In this document: positions 50,723-64,000 of the stretch, in pieces | How positions within the stretch are numbered: the first letter of the stretch is position 1 | Layout of the letters: each line of letters begins with the position of its first letter | Assembly (NCBI GenBank): GCA_010405405.1 | Contig: MU004238.1 | Location: forward strand, 1,065,530 to 1,129,529 | Source of the DNA: Microthyrium microscopicum | Taxonomy: Eukaryota | DNA length: 64,000 nucleotides | Direction: 5' to 3' | The notes under the pieces: generated by a model | The model's input: the letters and a program-made list of their open reading frames with translations, nothing else | Told to the model about the DNA's origin: nothing | Database searches by the model: none | Position numbers and translations under genes: made by a program

Positions 50723-53140
50723 GGCCGTACCGGGCAGCTGGGCTTTCGTTGCGCTGGCGCCCAAGAAAAAGTCTTTTTTCTTTCTTTACTTCTTCTGCTA
50801 CTTCCTTGGAGCTTTGGACTTTGTTACCGGAAAGAAGGGTCGTTACCCGATCAGTGCTCCTATTGTTTCCGGGTTCATCAGGGCAGCTCCTCAGGCTGAG
50901 GGGTTTCCCAACTTGCGGGTTCAATCAATGCTGGCTTGTAGCATGTGAAGGCTGGCCAAATCACTTTCCACCTTATGTCGGCTACTCATTCGTAGTCGAG
51001 CTGGAAAGACTGGCACGGTGTCTTTACTGATATGGTTTGGGTTTCACGGAGTTGTTCCTCAAAAGCTCAAAAGCTTGTTTGTGGATCGGATCTAAAAAAT
51101 GTCTTTTAGGAGGGTGGCATTTTGATTATTCCCGTCGTCTTTTTGTAGCCGAAGCATCAAGACGCGGGTTGAAACCGCGTATGGATTCTAGACTAGACGA
51201 CGGTTCAAGTGAAGGTAACTGTGCACAACAAGCGCCTACGAGGGCGAGATTGGTGCTAAATGTGTGGCTAGGATTTAATAGCGTTAATATACTCGTAGTC
51301 GCACAATCTGGAGGGTCGACAGCTCGCATCCGTAATAATAAGACCCTGATCCGTCGCTTAGTTAGGCAAGGTGTTACTCAACAATCAGTGGTTCTTATGT
51401 AGCGCTAACGGATTACGTTAGCGCTATATAATAGATTTAGCCTCAAAACTGCTTGGTTCCTTAAGTTCCGTATAATTTCCTTATGGTACGACAATAGGAA
51501 GTAGATTAGCTATTCCTTTGTAAGTAAGGTTAGCTATCACGAGCTTGAAATTACTTAGTACACTTTATAAAACGCCGAAGGAGTTATCAAACTTTAGCTT
51601 ATCAAAGATTTCAGCTGTCGACCCTCCAGAATGAATATGCGAATTAATCAAACCAAGGAACGCTTGTGATTGAGCCATGACGAAGTTACAGCCATGTCAT
51701 CCTTGCGGAGCAGTTCCAGAGATTTGGATGAGGTGAGAAGCTACGGCAATGAGATTGAACAATGAGTCCTTCATAGCATCTGTCCATTCTTCCGCTGTCG
51801 GAGATGAATTACCGTCGCTTTCGGCACTTGTTCTGCTCCTGCGCAGTCATTGCTGGCCAGCCAAAATAGAGCCAATGCATGGGAAATCAGCGAGCAATTC
51901 TTCAACATGCGTGGGCGCTAACCAAAAGGAATTGCTGAGGCATAAGCGCGGGCAGGCTGAAAGAGTCCTTGCAGTAGTGATGCCTGCTCAGCATCAAGAA
52001 CAAGATGGGAATGGATAAAGCTGCCGATAGATGATTTTTCAGTCGACAGCTGCGGATACGCATAATCCTCCATCCACATACTTCTATAGTAGTTGCATTG
52101 TTACATGAAACCTAACTCTAGTCTATTATCACTGCTTGTCTCTCACTGGACCATCACGCACTTTGACGTGCTTGTATGACCCGCATGAAGGCGCAGAACT
52201 ACTTCCAAGCCCTGGCAGTTGACATGCAGTGTGTCACCTTAGAGCATTAGACCTTTCAGAACCTAGCTTGGTACAATCCTTCATTTCGATTCTCACGACT
52301 CTTCTGAGGTGTCTCTTCAATCTTACTCGCCCACGATTGAAATAGAGACTTTTAGTGTTCTATCAATGGAAATCCTTCGTTTAGTCCTCCTGCATACACC
52401 TGTGTTACCCCCGCTGAAGCCTCGCCAAATTATACATCATAAAAGGTGATAATTAGCTTAGAATTGACGACCACAAGCTTAGAGTAAGATGCTCCCCATC
52501 CAAGGATCTTGGCAATCTGTTATTCATCGGCATATCCCGATACTCTCACATGTTTGCTTGTTAATGTCATCACTTCAAGCTCGGATATGGCGCTAAGATT
52601 GAAAAGTTAGTCCCTCATCATGAGCACGATACTAGAATAAGAAGGGTGTTTCAACCACCTTAATAACCAGAGAATCAAATTAAACATGGCCTGATGTGCC
52701 TACCATATTACCCCACAACTTAGCTGAGAAATGTCATGGGTGATGTTTGGTGGCGCATTTTATATCAGCCGTTTTGTGCGATGAACAAGTACTTTGCCGG
52801 AAGCTAGAGAACTAAATAATAGCTTGTGTCTGGTTTACGAGCCGGCAATATGAGCATAACATACTGTTCACACCACTGTTTACTAGCGTAAAATGATCAC
52901 ACCCTTCTGCATATAGACTATTTCGTTAGCTGACCAGATTTGATATCCCACGATACAACGTATTCGTGATAGAAGGATCATTGAATGTTGTTTGAGGCGA
53001 TATTGAAAGCACTGACGTCCGATGACTTATATTGCTCTTACCTGGTGCGCCTGGCTAAGGTTTCCACACTGGGACATCTACCGGTAACTGTACATATCTT
53101 GTGCGGCCTCTTGAATCCCTCATACTCTGGACATCCATTG

Positions 53141-54369
53141 CTATTGCCACTTTCCGTAAGATCCTGTGAAGTGGATTTTACTTTCACACTCCCTCAACAT
53201 TTCAATAGCCTCTTTGTGTTGCCCCCATTCATTACTTGTAATACCACCTGACAGTGGAGCTCTTGACCCATCGGACCCAATTTGATATTCTTCCTTCAAA
53301 AGTTTCCGAACGCCCACACTTCCCCACTTGGCGACCAGTAGCTCTCCCTGGCAGATTTTATATTGAAGCTCTCTTGCCCTGGTAACTGAAGCTTGTTCAA
53401 CTGTACCATGTTCCCCATCCATAAACAGGTTGTATAACTGCACAACGGTTTTGGGAAAGCAAGCTGCAAGCCCATCTATCGCTCCCGCACCTCCTACTGT
53501 CAAGACGCCAAGAAGCTGCTGCCCTAGTCCTGTATACATACGAAAATTAGTGTGATCAATCTTTGGACTAAGCCCAACAAGAGTATGCGTGCTTAAGTTT
53601 CCGTGGGAAAGCTTGCATCCTACGATATTTGGATGTGCTGCCAGTTTTTCAATCGTGCTCGGCAACAGCGTAACGTCATTCGACACTGCTGGATAGTTAT
53701 ACCTGTTTCCGAAAAACGTCCCCTAGTCAGCCGTGCGATCATACCATATTGGAAAAATGTCTTGCATAACTTAGCGCCCACCTTCACACTCTATCCAATT
53801 GCAAAAAAGGCCTATTATAAACATGGCATGCTGGTGTAGAGGAGGGGAAATACGCAATGCTTACACCAAAATCGGTATGGGCGAATGATCCGCAACAACC
53901 TTGAACCAGTCCGCAATGCCTTCCTGGCCAAGATTATTGGTAGCAAAGTAGCTAGGAGCTAGAACTAATCCGAAATCTGCGCCTGCCGTCTTTGCATCCG
54001 CGAGCTGCTGTACGACTTCATGGATTGACTGAGCAGCGGTGCCGGCCATGAGAGGGTAGTTGGGAAATCCTTCTGCGACAAGACCTTGTCGAACGGCTCC
54101 GATGATGTCGGTGCGTTCACTGGTCGTGAGGTGGACGGCCTCGCCGGTGCTGCCCAGTAAAACGAGGCCTGTAATGCCCGCACGGGCGAGGAAGATTGCA
54201 TGCTGGGTTTGGGAGTCTAGGTCTACGGGGTCGCCCAGGCTGCCACGCGATGCGTCTGCTTTGAAGAATGTAGGTACCTGTTTGGCCATTGGAGTTAGCA
54301 CAGTATTCTGGGCTTTGGACTGGCTAGTCTTACAGGAACATATATGCCTTTGGGTGGTGGAGAAGTCAT
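53141..54369 (-). CDS. Dihydrodipicolinate synthase-family class I aldolase (similar to L-threo-3-deoxy-hexulosonate aldolase); exons 54369-54334, 54277-53865, 53702-53141
   Basis: GIYVPVPTFF, LLGSTGEA, LVLAPSYF, YNYPAV, Schiff-base HPNIVGCKLSHG. Confidence 0.9.
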
Positions 54370-56417
54370 TGTCTCGCTGTGGTTGTGATGAAGAAATCGA
54401 TTTCGCTTCTGTTTTATGGATCTTTACAACAACACTGAACTTTTATGTTCGTATATTCTTTCTCATCCATGTTTTGTGGTGATGTAGTTGGTAGGATGTT
54501 GATGATCATTGCCTGTACTGTAGATCGGGCGTAAAAGCACCGATGCAGTGGGCCGGCTTAGCGGGTTGTTTGGCCGATCGCGGGTTTATACGTTGAGCAT
54601 GTTTCACTGTAGAAAATCAACACAGGGTTCTATATCCTATAGCCAGTGTTACCTTGGGATACTTTTACACTCAGCACTACCGGAAATTACATATCATAAA
54701 GCCTCACATCGATAGGCTCTTACAGGTGAAGTATACTTGAATCGAAGTTCAACTCGAAGTGGTATATTTCAGAAAATATGAGATAGAAATGGAGAATCTT
54801 CGTGCAAATTTCTCCGCATCATTCGTAGTTTCAAAGTATAAAAGTTCTTACTTCTCTAGTACTATGACAATTGGTTTTTAAAAATTGAGGTTACATGATA
54901 GGGTCATGAGTAGATCAAAGTAAGAAAAATGGGGCATAATTGACTTTGCGGCTCAATGGTCACTGCAGTATACCGGAGCCGCTATGCGTTGTATATCTAT
55001 AAAACCTCCACATACTCAATCGTCCAAGTAAGGAACGCATCTCCGTCAATATGTGGAGCTCGCGATCGCTGCTACCGCATTGTACTAGTTTCTAGCCCAG
55101 ATAAGCTCGCCGCTAATACGATTAAGGGCTCTCTTTACCTGTTTGCTAACTTCATTCTCTGTTACGTTCTCTTCCCAGTCGAACGAGAAACTTGGTGTCC
55201 TGGCACTATCCATGAGATTGCTGAATGTTGCAAAGGAAGGGCCATGAACTGGAGTCACGTCCTCTTATGTTTTTCAATTTTGCAGTGAGTTCTCAATGGG
55301 CCTGACCATTTGGGTGCGTTATTGATATCTTTCCTCAAGATTCACATGGTTCCGCTTCGAGACAGCAGAAAATTGTAATTTTCGTTTCGGGCGATGGTCC
55401 AACCTATCAGGCTGACAGCAAGGCTGAGCACAAGGCTGTGGCGTTTGACCCCCCACTCAAAGCTTCCCCGTTCATGGGCATGTCAAATATCGAAGAATCG
55501 ATCGACAGGATCAACAGTTCAGGAACGAGGCAAATTGACATTGGTGAATGATCCAATCAAAACACAGCGACTTTTACTTCATCGCTTTAATTCAGGTATT
55601 GTGCGCAAGTTGGCATGAGGCCACGCAAAAGCTCTTTACATGTCGCGACATGAAGCTAGTTCCATGGAGGTATTACATTATCAAACTTTATGACTGCAAA
55701 ATCAGTAGCTTCGTGGGGTATGGAATGAAATGGTATGATCATGCTGAATGTGTTACTAATACCATTGATGAAGAGTTCGACTACGGGCATGCAACAGGGG
55801 TACTTATTGTCGTTCCTTGTGTACATCACTTCATAGTATTTTGGCCATCTGACGTGAAAAGAACGAGAGACTAATCGTCGCTCGTAGAATCTGAACTGTT
55901 AACTTATAACAGCTTATGCTTTTGACGTTAGGCTATAATGAGATTTTATTTTTGGAGGCTGGAGAAGATCTGTTTGACATGTCAGGAATCCTTATTAGCG
56001 CTCATAACTCAATGTAGATGATAAGCTTGACAGAGCACATGGCATATGTAGATCAATGATATTGTAGACAATAGCATTTCAATAATTGAACATGAAGACT
56101 TCATTCTCGTGCTCGAAAGATGCTGCGCTAAATAATATAATCACGCGAATCGTCTTGCTCGTTGCTCACTTGCCGAGGTGCATCACCGCTCCGACAGTAG
56201 TTGCACACAATCTTCAAGGTCCATTGACGTTATGAATCGAGAGCAGTCAATCAGCAACCGTTCGCTCTTGCTTTGAAAAGATGTAAGAGCTGATGTTACG
56301 GGCTTTACAACCAGTATCACGACCCGATGAATCATGCTTCAAGAAGGTAGCCCGAAACCACGAGCAGCCTGAGTTGGGCAAACAGAAGTTTCGTGAGTAA
56401 TGTATTCAATCGGAAGC

Positions 56418-57047
56418 TCAAGCACCTGGACCAAAACCTCGCCCGGCGCCTCGAGCAGCCGGAGTAGCAGCACGACCAGCACCTCTAGCACCTCGACCAG
56501 CAAGTCTGGCAGCTCGCGCAGCAACACCAGGCGCAACTGGAGTCGTACCTCGCCCAGCACCTCTAGCACCTCGATTAGCCGGAGTCGCACCTCTAGCACC
56601 TCTAGCACCCCGCCCAGCGCTTCTCGCCGAAACAACACTCGCAGACCGCGCCTTCTTCGTAGGTGACGGAGCATAATCCGACTCTTCCTCAACATCCACC
56701 GGCTCTTCCATCGTGCCTCTCTTGCGCTTCTTAGATTTGCCTTTCTTTGTCATGGCCGTCACGCGATTCATGATCATTTCGCTAACAGTGACTTGCATTT
56801 CCGCCAATTGCACAAGCGACTTGCGAACGAAAGCATTGACTCTTTTCTCAAGAGGTTTTTTTTCGTCGTCGGAAACTTCGTCGTCGGCATCGGATGAGGC
56901 GTCTACGTCGATTGGAAGGGAAGCTGTGCTGACGGGAGTGTCGGCGCGTTCGATGCTGGCGACGGGAGAGGATTTTTCGATGGGATATATGATTGTAGGG
57001 ACGCCGGTGGCGCTGACATAGGGGCTAGTGCATGGTGGAGTATCCAT
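56418..57047 (-). CDS. Hypothetical protein with acidic/basic patches and an Arg-Gly-Ala repeat tail
   Basis: 209-aa ORF; KKGKSKKRKR, repeated RGARGA/GRG units mirrored by DNA repeats (cacctctagcacc). Confidence 0.55.
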   Translation of the reverse strand: MDTPPCTSPYVSATGVPTIIYPIEKSSPVASIERADTPVSTASLPIDVDASSDADDEVSDDEKKPLEKRVNAFVRKSLVQLAEMQVTVSEMIMNRVTAMTKKGKSKKRKRGTMEEPVDVEEESDYAPSPTKKARSASVVSARSAGRGARGARGATPANRGARGAGRGTTPVAPGVAARAARLAGRGARGAGRAATPAARGAGRGFGPGA

Positions 57048-57481
57048 GGTGGCAGTTGTGGAGTAATGGGGTAGAAGATGTTTTTGGAGCTATGGGGATG
57101 GAAAGATGTGTTTGCGCATTTGGAGAGACGGTGAAGATATGGAGTTGGGAGTTGTGGAGAGGTTGCGGTGTTGTGGTGACTTTGAGGATATAGAGGTGCC
57201 CATTCGCCGTGTTGGGAAGTTGCGTTCGGCGGGAGCAAGTTGATGTTGGGAGCATCGTGGTCTGCGAGTCACTTAGTTCCGCCATGGCAGTTGAGACGAG
57301 AAGAGAGGTATTGGAAAAGATGGGACGTTAAAGTATAGAAAGCAAATATGGAGGATAAAAAAATAGGTAAGAAGGCTTGATAAATATGCTATTAGCAATA
57401 TCCGTTGGATAATGTACTTTCTATGTGTATACTCTGATTAAACAAGTTGGCTAATGCTTCATATACTCTTCAAAACGAAGT

Positions 57482-60187
57482 CTAAAAGCCAGCTAGCCAC
57501 ATCAAGCCATAACCTACAGTCATAACCACTCCAAAGACCATGATACTGGAGGGTACGCCACGAGTGATGAAATGCTTGACGTGAAGATATCGTTGGCCAG
57601 TTTGGCTGTCCTCCATCATGATGGCGGTCATATTCGGGAAGCCTAAAAAGAATTAGTCTAAGCAATACGTTGGAATGAATGTGTATAACATACCTGACGT
57701 CGGGAGACCCATGGCAGCGGAGCACATGAGTACGCTTGCCATTACGAGTAGTCTTGGATGAGGTTCATCCATGCCTTGGCCTACTTGCGCCACGAGTGGC
57801 AGGAAAATGAGCGCAGCAACAGTGTGCGAAATGAAGGTTGCCACGATGAGGATGATACCAGCAAAGACAAATGTCACGCCATAAAGACTCAGGCCCTGGA
57901 CTTGGCTTGTGATCTCGTGGGCGAGAGTGTCTAGCAGGCCAGAGCTGTTAACTGCTTTGCCAAGTGCCAGACCTCCAGCGGCGAGAATGATAATTGTCCA
58001 GAGGAAGTTGTTGAAGTCTTCCTTGGTGAGCACACCTGTGCCGAAGAACATAACCAGAGGGATGATGGCGATGACGCCCATGTCGCCAAAAATGTGTTCG
58101 AGCTGATGGCTAATGCACCAGAGGATAATGGTAACAATGGAGGTGATGGTGATGAACCACTGGATGCCAGTGAACTTGTCTTTCATAGGTCGAATCGGGA
58201 CTATGGTGGTGTTACGGCCAGGTTTGAAGGTGATAAGAAGGAGGACCCAAATCAAAAGGTTGGATATAATACAAACTGGTAGTGCGATGAAGAACCATTC
58301 GCCCCAGCCAGGTTCTGGGGACATGTTTTGAAGTGCAATGACGTTTTGAGGAGATGATATGGGGGATGCTGCTCCTCCAATGTTAGATGCAAGAGCTATG
58401 CCCAAGATAAGTGCCTTTGACATGTCGGAATCTGATGGTAGATTGCGGAGAATTGGCTGCGGATATTAGAATTGTGCCATGATTATCAGAGGCTAAGACT
58501 TACTTGAATAATAGAGAAACATAAAACCGGAGCTGCAACATTGCTAATCCACATGCTCGCGAAGGTCGCCACAAACATATTGGTTAACAAGACAGTCCGT
58601 GGCCGCGTGCCAGCCTTGCTCAGCACGAATGTTGCCATCCTCTTTGCAATGTTGTATTTCGAGAGAGCTGCAGCAATAGTGAATCCACCAAGTAGAAGCA
58701 TGATGACAGGGGTCCACATGGATGCGAATATGTAAGAGGTTGCTGCCTTTGAATCCAGTCTTCTGTGTGGTTTCGCGTCGGAGCGAGCCACGCGAAGTAG
58801 AACAGCGAGGAACGGTACAAGTAATGAAGTTACGAAAAGGGGTATTGCTTCAGTCGCCCAGAGTAAGCTGACAAAGATAATCAATGCAAGACAGTTTTGC
58901 TGTTCTGGTTCTTGCAAGATAGGAACCCAAAGGATTGCGAGGAAAACGGCAATAATGCCCGCCAGAGTATAAAAGGTCGGACTAAAGAGCCATATCGGGA
59001 CCTTGTATTTGCCAACAGGTGTCAATAGGTCCTTGGTTTCTGGCCTTTCTGCATCGCCTTGTAATCTCAGGTCTCCAGTCGTGTCTCCTAGCATGGTCTG
59101 ACGTATTCCCAGATTTGCGGCTTGTCCTTTTCTTTCAATACCGATCATTTCGCGCCATACAGTATTACGTTCCCACACAACATGCTCCCTGAGATGAAGT
59201 CGAAGTTCTCGCTTGGCCTCGTCAAGCTTGTTGGAAGTGAACAGGCGCGCGTAGGTTTCTTCGAATTGAGCAATGCTTTTGCCTAATCTATCCATGGTGT
59301 TTGGAGTAAACGCGCTAGCTTTGCTGACGTGGTTGTCCATGTAGAAGGACTTTAATTTCCGATCAAGTGTCTTGTCGTACTTTTTTAAGACTTTGGAGAA
59401 CCCCGTCTTGTTGAGCTGGACAAATGACCGTAGCTCGCATAACGACACATAAACACCAATGATGCTTTTCTTAAGCGTTACGCTCGAGTCAAATAAGACT
59501 GAGAATGCCATGTCGTTGTAATCTTCAAAGAGACTACTCCTTCTCTTGGAAGAACGATAATCACTTCGCATATCATCCGGATGGCTGTCGTATCTACCCA
59601 TATCCACAGAACGGGTCATTTTCAGGGCCCTCCGTTCGTCTTCTTCATCGCTGTCCGAGTCTTCGGCTTCATGTTGCGAGCTCATGGTGCTGGTTCTCCG
59701 TCGTTTGCCAACTCCAGTAGTTTTCAGAATGCTAGCTGATCTCGCTGTTCGGGCAGTGGGTGGGCGATGAGCCGTATTGGCGTCGGTATTTGCCAGTAGT
59801 TCCGAGGATTGCGCCAAATGCTGCTCGGCTTGTTCTTCTTCTTTGAGCACATGATCTAATTCACCATATATTTCGAGCTCCTTGAGCTGATAGAACGAGC
59901 ATATCTTCTCCAATTCCCGATCAAGAGCTATCGTGAATGTTTTATCGCTATCCTCATCGAGAGAGGCACTAAGTAAAGGCGATGACTCGGTATCGTTCGT
60001 TTGACCAAGACCAAGTGGTTGCTGGTTATGGCGCTTCTCGAGCTGATATATGCTAATGGAGACAAGTATTAGTATCATCTACAGACCTTCTGATTCCAAC
60101 ATACAGCTTTTTCAAATTGCTATACGCAATGTAATGCGAGCTCCAGTCGGGCACAGCATTGAACTGTATGCTATGTGAGAACTTCAT
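57482..60187 (-). CDS. PHO91: SPX-domain low-affinity phosphate transporter, Pho87/90/91 family (exons 60187-60105, 60052-58504, 58456-57694, 57642-57482)
   Basis: MKFSHSIQFNAVPDWSSHYIAYSNLKK, LNKTGFSKVLKKYDK, HLREHVVWERNTVWREMIG, WISNVAAP, GLPTSGFPN. Confidence 0.93.
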
Positions 60188-61005
60188 CTCGTCCTGGTCG
60201 AGGATGAGGGCGAGCTTTGCTCTCCGTCTTCGCGCGTGTCTGATTTCCTCTTCTGTAAGATATTGCTCCGGCGCAGGGGATGAGGATTGTTGGAGGAGAG
60301 GTTGATCGGCACGGTCGAGAGAATCGAGTTCAAATTCTTCGATGTCGTCGAGAGGAGGTGGAAGACGGAGCGGCTCAGGGATGTAGTGAGAGGTCGCCAG
60401 GGCGGCGAGAAAGAGAGTAGAGGACTGCCAGAATTATTAGGTTATAGGATTGGCGTGCTGTAAGATGGTCTGGCTGTAGGTGTGAGTGGGTCTAGTGATT
60501 GCTTGCAAGGCGGAAAGGATTGGTTGGCGTGGGATGTCTGAGAGGCCTTCCAGTATCGGATGTCGACTAGTGCGACTGGGAATGTGCAAGCGCGATGTAG
60601 ATATTGGGCGCAAGTAGAAGTGGCAAGATTGAATGAGTGGAGATATTATGAGAGGGAAGACAGAAGCAAGAGAGCGCGCGGTAAGCATCAAAATACAATA
60701 ATGGATGCGCGATGGGACTGATGCTAGAAAAAAGGCGAAGAGCGGTCCGAAGCTTCAAAGTTGTCACGATGTTGATTGACTGGCCCACAAGGAAAGCTAC
60801 CGATTGGGCTAGATCAAAGCTCAAATTGATGTGTAAGAGCTTAGTCATGCATGTTTCCAACGAGCTCACAGAGCTGGCATGTTTGATGGATGATCCCAGC
60901 TAGTCCCGCCTTTTGCTCAGAAAAATAGTTGAACCACAAACCAACTTGCGACCGCAAATCTTTCCACCATCCTACAAATATCTTCAACCAGAGCTAATTG
61001 CAATC

Positions 61006-64000
61006 ATGGTCGCTACTCTCGAAGAGCGGTTGCAACAAATCCGTGACAACCCAAAGCTCCAGAGCCAGCAGCAGGCGAGTCCACAGAACTTCCAGTATCG
61101 CCTAATATCTCTCTAACATTCTCTCCAGACACACTTGGTGCTTTCCGCTGTCGAAGATACTCTTCGCGACCAGAAGGCTGACCTTACACCTACTGCCTAC
61201 TTCTCTGCCCTCCTAGCCCTGCTTAGCCAGTACATATCCACCAAATCAATTGTCAATAAAGAGGTGGCCACAGCTGTCGTCTACTTGCTCGATCTCTTCA
61301 CCCCACATGTTCCACAATCACTACTCCGCGCAAAGTTCGCCCAGATACTCTCAAAGCTAGCCGTAGTTCTTACCCAGTCGGAAGCTGAAGCTCCTATCCT
61401 ACGTCCATCAATTGGATGCTTAGAATCACTATTGATAGTCCAGGACTCGCAAGGATGGGCTCTTCCTCAGTCGCAAATAAGCCCGCGCCGCGCAGTCGCA
61501 GGTCTCCTGAATATTGCATCAGATCACCGACCTAAGGTGCGGCTGCGGGCTCAAGAGGCCCTCACCAGAGTCCTTAAGAATCCACCACCAAGTCCATCGC
61601 TGGACCATCCAGCTGCAGACATGTGCGCTGAGACCGCCCTACGCGTTCTCAAGGAGGGTGTTGTGGCATCCAAGAAGCAGAAAAAGTCTCACTCCCATAA
61701 AGATGCGCAAGCGCATGCTCCGAGTCTGATACACACACTCCAACTTATCAAGATCATTGCGAAAGCTTCAGGGGGTTGGCCCAGCCGAAAGATTGATGCT
61801 TTATGCGAACTGCTTCTTGATATTTCCAGATCGAGTAACGAATTCTTAACCAAGGAGAGCTTTGCAGTTTTCGAAGTGATATTTGAGGGCATGGCTGATG
61901 AGGTGTCCTCCGCAAAATTGCCATCACTACTGGACAGCCTTGAGTCTCTTCAGCCATCAGAGACCGACACTCAACTGATGCCGCCATGGGTCGCAGTCTT
62001 ATCAAGAGGGTACGATGTGTCTGCACAAGTCCTACCCGAGGATACTTTTCAGAAGCTTCCTGCTGTCTTTGAAAAGGTTGCGCATTTCCTAGGCTCAATG
62101 TCTTACCCTGTACGCACTTCAGCAGCGGATTGTCTCATATCCTTCTTAGTAAATTGCATTCCAATTTCTGCGATCGTGGAGCCTTCAATATACGACGAGA
62201 AACTACTCGAGAAGCTAGCAAAAGCTGGGATACAGCTACTCAGTGTCAAATATCAGTCCGCTTGGGAAGATGTATTCAGAGTTATAGCTGCGATGCTTGA
62301 AGCATTTCACTGGAGATCAGAGACACTGCTCGTTGACGCAGTGAAAACTGTGGCCGAGTTGAGATCAAACCCAGGTTTCAATGGCAAGGAACAAGCGGAT
62401 GCCGTGATATCCAAGGCAATAGGTTCAATGGGCCCTCAAAGAGTTCTGGAAATTCTCCCCCTGAATCTGGCTACTCGAACATCGGAACCTGGAAGAGTGT
62501 GGCTATTGCCTTTGATGCGTGATTCTATTGGCAACACCAACCTCGCACATTTTCGCTCGGAGCTAGTACCTTTGAGTGAAAAGCTCTACACTAAGATCTT
62601 GGAGCATGGAGAAGCAGAGAAAACTGTAGAGATCAAGATCTATGAAACCATCGTTCAGCAAATATGGTCTACCCTTCCAGGCTACTGTGATTTTCCTCTG
62701 GATCTAGTAGATGTGAGTATTGTGATCCGCGCATTTAACTTTTGCTGACCGTATCTTAGGCTTTCGATCAGCCATTTGCCGAGCAAATATCCAATGTGCT
62801 ATACCAACAAGTTGAGCTCAGAACCGACTTGTGTCGCGCACTCCAGATACTGATAGACTCGAATACCGACAGACTCGCCATGCTAGAAGATGAATCACTG
62901 GCACTGCTGAGAGTCTCGAAAGCTGATGCAGAAAAGAACCTTGAACATATGAAAGGGTTTGCGAGCAACATTCTCGCCATTCTATTCAACGTCTATACTG
63001 AAACACTGCCCCAGTATAGAGGGCCTATTATCCAGTGCATCAATTCCTATCTCAGCATAACATCAGAGAATGATTTGATCGAGACGTTTGGTAGGGTCGT
63101 GACGATGCTGGAAGGATCGCTTTCGGAAACCAACGGACAGGCAAAAGGCAAATCCAACGGTGAACCCGCAAATAGTCGAATGCCTCCGCTAAATCAGACT
63201 CTCATGGATCTGGTTATTGCCATGGCAGGCCATCTTCCTCGGGCCAGTCTCGCACAACTTTTCAGTGTGGCAATGGTGATACTGCAAAAGAACGACTCGT
63301 TCCTACAAAAGAAGGCCTACAAGATGATTCCCCGGCTGGCTGAATCTGAAGTTGGTCGCCAGGCACTTCAAGAGCGAAGCGCAGAGTTGCAAGATCTACT
63401 CCTGAAGACATCAGAGAATGTTGCCACTCATGCTCGACGTGATAGACTACGTTCCATCTCTCAACTCATCGATCACCTTCCCGCAACTGATCTTCATTTC
63501 ATCCCTGCAATTCTTCCTGAGGTTGTTCTTTGCACGAAAGAAAGCAATACAAAGGCTCGAGAAGCTGCTTATGACCTACTTATCTCCATGGGTGAGAAGA
63601 TGAGCGAAGGCGGCACTATAGTTCAATCAAAGGTCCCTCATCTACCGGAAGGCGCTCCCACAGTCACAGCATCCCTAGACGAATACTTCACAATGGTATC
63701 CGCTGGTCTAGCTGGTTCTACGCCACTATCAATCAGTGCTACAATTCTAGCTGTCTCACGCATCCTCTTCCACTTCCAGGACAAATTAGCAGACAACACA
63801 GTCGGTGAAATCATTGAAACCATGGACATCTTCCTCGAATCGCAAAACCGCGAAATCGTCCGCTCAGTCCTAGGCTTCGTCAAAGTCTGCGCTGCCCGAC
63901 TTCCCCCAAAACTCCTCGAACCACGGCTCGCAAGCTTAATTCCTCATCTCCTCAAATGGAATCAAGAACACAAAGCTCGTTTCCAATCCAAAATCCGCCA
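61006..64000 (+). CDS. RRP12: Ribosome biogenesis HEAT-repeat protein Rrp12, truncated by the window end (exons 61006-61074, 61129-62712, 62760->64000)
   Basis: TPTAYFSALL, DHRPKVR, NUC173-like GPQRVLEILPLNL...WLLPLMRD, QIWSTLPGYC, QKKAYK, NREIVRSVLGFVK. Confidence 0.93.

Noticed and set aside
14600..54369. Possible secondary-metabolite or RiPP cluster (SDR, esterase, peptide precursor, GT2, aldolase)
   Set aside because: Genes are dispersed among housekeeping genes, with no PKS, NRPS, DUF3328 or cluster regulator
55400..56300. Short ORFs on both strands between the aldolase and the RG-rich orphan
   Set aside because: Could not assemble a consistent spliced model or recognise a family

Overview
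Nuclear DNA of a filamentous ascomycete (Pezizomycotina), judged from short GT-AG introns with CTRAC branch points and from repeat-induced point mutation (RIP). Bases 1-14212 are an AT-rich, RIP-ruined block of two nested Ty3/Gypsy LTR retrotransposons: a complete 7.3-kb element (1489-8833, 203-bp LTRs, TCTTT target-site duplication) sits inside an older element whose probable 3' LTR ends near 14212. The rest is normal-GC genic DNA: SDR, TIM10, mitochondrial LysRS, CENP-L/Fta1, a 700-aa membrane protein, GatF/GTF1, a CE3 SGNH esterase, NRK1, a PTH11-like protein, EAF3, Cnl2/Nkp2, a small secreted prepropeptide, an FHA-forkhead factor, a Cps1-like GT2, a DHDPS-family aldolase, PHO91, RRP12 (runs off the window) and a few orphans. 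The most interesting signals are not in the ORF track: (1) a dual-guide C/D snoRNA in the first LysRS intron; (2) an H3-tail-like ORF (MARIKTTPR) inside the long EAF3 intron that can splice in frame to the MRG domain, plus an alternative EAF3 C-terminal exon; (3) a Kex2/Ste13-type precursor ending in a Gly/Cys peptide; (4) a candidate CUG-initiated 71-aa extension of PHO91. Gene models were spliced by eye and family calls come from recognised motifs, not database searches.
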